This document shows, one piece after another, positions 59,119-64,000 of a DNA stretch of 64,000 nucleotides. The translations under genes were made by a program, and so were the position numbers. The notes beneath the pieces are model-generated. The model searched no databases. It was not told where the DNA came from and saw only the letters and a program-made list of their open reading frames with translations. The number at the start of each line of letters is the position of its first letter. The first letter of the stretch is position 1. Source of the DNA: Eledone cirrhosa (taxonomy: Eukaryota); NCBI GenBank assembly GCA_964016885.1, contig OZ024764.1, forward strand, positions 2,728,001-2,792,000. The letters run 5' to 3'.

Positions 59119-59469
59119 TATATATATATAAATACACACACACATATACAGAGACACACACATATATATATAAATACACATACACACATATACAGACACA
59201 CACACACACAGACACACACACACACATATATATATACATGCACACATGTCAACTTATTCATATACTGTAGTATATGAATATAGCTTCCAACTATAAAAAA
59301 AACCGGAAACATACACGCTTATCTTATATATATATATATTTAATCTATATATATACACACTCACATATACCTTATACATACATGCACTCACATACTCTAC
59401 TAACAGCATTCATGTCAAAGTGAATGACATCAAACCCACTCCTGTTTATATGGCAACAAACACTCCCAC

Positions 59470-60240
59470 ACAAATTCTACAGACATGGGCGCCCGGGCAG
59501 GGACCCTTCGAAAAAGATCTGTCCGAGGTGCGTGCGAGACAAAGAAACCATCGCGCACGCATTGATACGCTGCCTGGGCGTTACCGACCTGTGGGGCTAT
59601 GTAGAACGACTATTGTCGCGGGTGGGACCAATCCAGTTGACCACCGAGTCCATTGTCATGATCAAACCGCCAACCTCCTTCAAAAACGAAGGAGAGGCGG
59701 TTTTCCCCTGTGTGATAGCTATGGTGAAAGAGGTTGTATGGTGGACAAGGTTGAAAGGGCTGAGGTCAGACACCTTTCTCTCCGGCCAACAACTGATCTT
59801 TTTTTTCAAATACCACTTTGGAAGAAGAGTCAGGATGGAGAGAGAGGTGCTGTACCCCAGGATGGAGAGAGAGGTGCTGTACCCCAGGATGGAGAGAGAG
59901 GTGCTGTACCCCAGCAAGTTTTATGAAAGGTGGGTGAAAGTGGCGAGAATGGCCCGAGTGAATGGGCCTTCTCTCTATATGAGCCTGTAGGTTGAGGAAA
60001 AGGAGAAAGAGAGGAAAGGGGTACTCACTCTTCGTACTCCTGGAGATGAGGGTTGTACATTTTTTCGGGGGTATGTGTGACCCATACGAAATGTCTCCCC
60101 CTATTGGGGAAAAATCGATTAATTTTTAAATTGCATTTGTGATAGTATTTTACACGTTTTTATTGCATGTAATCTTCCCCCTTTGTATTTGTCCCCTTAT
60201 TTTGTGCCCCTGTGGCTAATAAAGAAACATATCTATCTAT
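59470..60240 (+). mobile_element. L1/Tx1-type LINE 3' end with CCHC zinc knuckle
   Basis: CPRC-x8-HALIRC; internal 27-bp triplication (RMEREVLYP x3); AATAAA and a (CTAT)n tail. Confidence 0.75.
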
Positions 60241-60249
60241 CTATTAGAA

Positions 60250-60770
60250 ATCCAGTTGACTGCCGAGTCCATAGTAAGGATCAAACCGCCAACTTCTTTC
60301 AAAAACGAAAGAGGCTGTTTTCCTCTGTACAGTGGCTATGGTGAAAGAGGTTATATGGTCGACGAGATTGAGAGGACTGAGGACAGATGCCTTTCTCTCC
60401 GGACAACAACTCATTCCTTCTTTAGGTACCACTTTAGAAGGAGAATCAAAGTGGAGAGAGAGGCACTGCACCCCAGTAAATTTACTGAAAGGTGGGTGAA
60501 TGAAGCGAAAATGGCCCGAGAATTGGGCCTTCTCTGTATATAAACCTGTAGGTTAAAGAAGAGAGCAAAAGGAAGAAAGGAGCACTTGCACAACACACTC
60601 CTGGAGTTGAGGGTTGTTCTATCTACGGGGTATTAAACAACCCATTTGTGGCGTCTCCCCCCTATTTGTTTGTTTTTATATTTTTTACACGACTGTATGT
60701 AAAATCCCCGGCATGTGTCTTTGTATTGTCTCCTTTTCTTGTGCGCCCTTGTGGCTAATAAAGAAATCTA
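60250..60770 (+). mobile_element. Second, diverged 3' fragment of the same L1/Tx1-type family
   Basis: Homologous to about 59630-60226 and ends in the same GTGGCTAATAAAGAAA. Confidence 0.75.
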
Positions 60771-61380
60771 TCTTGTTATATGTCACTCAATCACTTGCTA
60801 ACCAAGCCTGTATGTGGTTACCAAAGGTTAACGCACTTAAACCCACACGCACATACACACACAAACACTTAAATACACACATATATACAGACACATACAC
60901 AAACACATACATGAATACACACAAACACACATATATATTTATCACACACACACACAAACACATTCATACACAAACAGACATACATACATACATACACATA
61001 AACACATACTTACAGAAGCATACAAACACACATATACACACACACTGTCCAATATGCAAATGACTAAAAGTTAAAACTAGATAACAGGAGTGACCATCTT
61101 TTTATTACTACAGCCTTCATTGGTAATTGGGTAGGACTTGGTAAGTATAGTAGGTTGTCATTGGAGGGATTTAAGGGTTTAAAGTGGCCTTGTGGTCACT
61201 GGACTGGACTGGACTGACAGAGGAGAAGGAGAAGGAGAAGAAGAAGACAAAGAAGAAGACAAAGAAGAAGACAGAAGGCAAAGAAGAAGAAGAAAGATAA
61301 ATAGAAAGCAAATAATGCCATATTTAGATAACAATGGTTATATCTCTATATCTATAGTAGTTCTTGTATGTTGGTAGTTT

Positions 61381-64000
61381 AGTGGGACTAGTGAGGAGTG
61401 ACTCTACTTGAGTGAGACGGTGGGACTAGTGAGGAGTGACTCTACTTGAGTGAGACGGTGGGACTAGTGAGGAGTGACTCTACTTGAGTGAGACTGTGGG
61501 ACTAGTGAGGAGTGACTCTACTTGAGTGAGACGGTGGGACTAGTGAGGAGTGACTCTACTTGAGTGAGACAGTGGGACTAGTGAGGAGTGACTCTACTTG
61601 AGTGAGACGGTGGGACTAGTGAGGAGTGACTCTACTTGAGTGAGACAGTGGGACTAGTGAGGAGTGACTCTACTTGAGTGAGACAGTGGGACTAGTGAGG
61701 AGTGACTCTACTTGAGTGAGACGGTGGGACTAGTGAGGAGTGACTCTACTTGAGTGAGACGGTGGGACTAGTGAGGAGTGACTCTACTTGAGTGAGACAG
61801 TGGGACTAGTGAGGAGTGACTCTACTTGAGTGAGACAGTGGAACTAGTGAAGAGTGACTACTTGAGTGAGACAGTGGGACTAGTGAGGAGTGACTCTACT
61901 TGAGTGAGACAGTGGGACTAGTGAGGAGTGACTCTACTTGAGTGAGACAGTGGGACTAGTGAGGAGTGACTCTACTTGAGTGAGACAGTGGAACTAGTGA
62001 GAGTGACTACTTGAGTGAGACAGTGGGACTAGTGAGGAGTGACTCTACTTGAGTGAGACGGTGGGACTAGTGAGGAGTGACTCTACTTGAGTGAGACAGT
62101 GGGACTAGTGAGGAGTGACTCTACTCGAGTGAGACAGTGGAACTAGTGAGGAGTGACTCTACTTGAGTGAGACAGTGGGACTAGTGAGGAGTGACTCTAC
62201 TTGAGTGAGACGGTGAAACTAGTCAGGAGTGACTCTACTTGAGTGAGACGGTGAAACTAGTGAGGAGTGACTCTACTTGAGTGAGACAGTGGGACTAGTG
62301 AGGAGTGACTCTACTTGAGTGAGACAGTGGGACTAGTGAGGAGTGACTCTACTTGAGTGAGACAGTGGGACTAGTGAGGAGTGACTCTACTTGAGTGAGA
62401 CAGTGGGACTAGTGAGGAGTGACTCTACTTGAGTGAGACAGTGGAACTAGTGAAGAGTGACTCTACTTGAGTGAGACAGTGGGACTAGTGAGGAGTGACT
62501 CTACTTGAGTGAGACGGTGGAACTAGTGAGGAGTGACTCTACTTGAGTGAGACAGTGGGACTAGTGAGGAGTGACTCTACTCGAGTGAGACAGTGGAACT
62601 AGTGAGGAGTGACTCTACTTGAGTGAGACAGTGGGACTAGTGAGGAGTGACTCTACTTGAGTGAGACGGTGAAACTAGTCAGGAGTGACTCTACTTGAGT
62701 GAGACGGTGAAACTAGTGAGGAGTGACTCTACTTGAGTGAGACAGTGGGACTAGTGAGGAGTGACTCTACTTGAGTGAGACAGTGGGACTAGTGAGGAGT
62801 GACTCTACTTGAGTGAGACGGTGGGACTAGTGAGGAGTGAATCTACTTGAGTGAGACGGTGGGACTAGTGAGGAGTGACTCTACTTGAGTGAGACAGTGG
62901 GACTAGTGAGGAGTGACTCTACTTGAGTGAGACAGTGGGACTAGTGAGGAGTGACTCTACTTGAGTGAGACAGTGGGACTAGTGAGGAGTGACTCTACTT
63001 GAGTGAGACAGTGGGACTAGTGAGGAGTGACTCTACTTGAGTGAGATGGTGGGACTAGTGAGGAGTGACTCTACTCGAGTGAGACAGTGGGACTAGTGAG
63101 GAGTGATTCTACTCGAGTGAGACAGTGGGACTAGTGAGGAGTGACTCTACTTGAGTGAGACAGTGGGACTAGTGAGGAGTGACTCTACTTGAGTGAGACG
63201 GTGGGACTAGTGAGGAGTGACTCTACTTGAGTGAGACGGTGGGACTAGTGAGGAGTGACTCTACTTGAGTGAGACTGTGGGACTAGTGAGGAGTGACTCT
63301 ACTTGAGTGAGACAGTGGGACTAGTGAGGAGTGACTCTACTTGAGTGAGACAGTGGGACTAGTGAGGAGTGACTCTACTTGAGTGAAACAGTGGGACTAG
63401 TGAGGAGTGACTCTACTTGAGTGAGATGGTGGGACTAGTGAGGAGTGACTCTACTCGAGTGAGACAGTGGGACTAGTGAGGAGTGACTCTACTTGAGTGA
63501 GACAGTGGAACTAGTGAGGAGTGACTCTACTTGAGTGAGACAGTGGGACTAGTGAGGAGTGACTCTACTTGAGTGAGACAGTGGGACTAGTGAGGAGTGA
63601 CTCTACTTGAGTGAGACAGTGGAACTAGTGAGGAGTGACTCTACTTGAGTGAGACAGTGGAACAAGTGAAGAGTGACTCTACTTGAGTGAGACAGTGGGA
63701 CTAGTGAGGAGTGACTCTACTTGAGTGAGACGGTGAAACTAGTGAGGAGTGACTCTACTTGAGTGAGACGGTGAAACTAGTGAGGAGTGACACTACTTGA
63801 GTGAGACAGTGGGACTAGTGAGGAGTGACTCTACTTGAATGAGACAGTGGGACTAGTGAGGAGTGACTCTACTTGAGTGAGACGGTGGGACTAGTGAGGA
63901 GTAACTCTACTTGAGTGAGACGGTGGGACTAGTGAGGAGTGACTCTACTTGAGTGAGACAGTGGGACTAGTGAGGAGTGACTCTACTTGAGTGAGACAGT
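61381..64000. repeat. 38-bp minisatellite, at least 69 copies, running off the window end
   Basis: Unit AGTGGGACTAGTGAGGAGTGACTCTACTTGAGTGAGAC. Confidence 0.95.

Noticed and set aside
61381-64000. 38-bp periodic array resembling a CRISPR array (also the 52- and 65-bp arrays)
   Set aside because: Units are head-to-tail with no unique spacers, there are no cas genes, and the context is eukaryotic.

Overview
Repeat-dense eukaryotic DNA, with SINE/LINE content typical of an octopus or other cephalopod genome (inferred, not confirmed). Almost all long ORFs in the track are translations of (TA)n/(CA)n microsatellites or minisatellites. Hidden among them is one intact spliced gene on the minus strand. 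Seven GT-AG exons (43408-43327, 37264-37149, 31833-31685, 29130-28523, 26782-26681, 20621-20483, 19168-19027) join with matching phases into a 439-aa protein from ATG 43390. It has an N-terminal TIR domain that keeps the putative catalytic Glu, a Cbl-type EF-hand-like middle, and C-terminal HEAT repeats. The window also holds about ten minimal type I hammerhead ribozyme motifs of different sequence, several inside foldback (Penelope-like) elements. Several minisatellites were seeded from mobile-element fragments, and two of them amplify real or decoy splice signals next to exons. Other content: CR1/L2, RTE, Tx1/L1 and R4/Dong-like LINE remnants, tRNA-derived SINEs, piggyBac-like MITEs, a complex direct/inverted duplication at 48.5-55.3 kb, and a 200-N gap. 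Coordinates were counted by hand; repeat edges are approximate.
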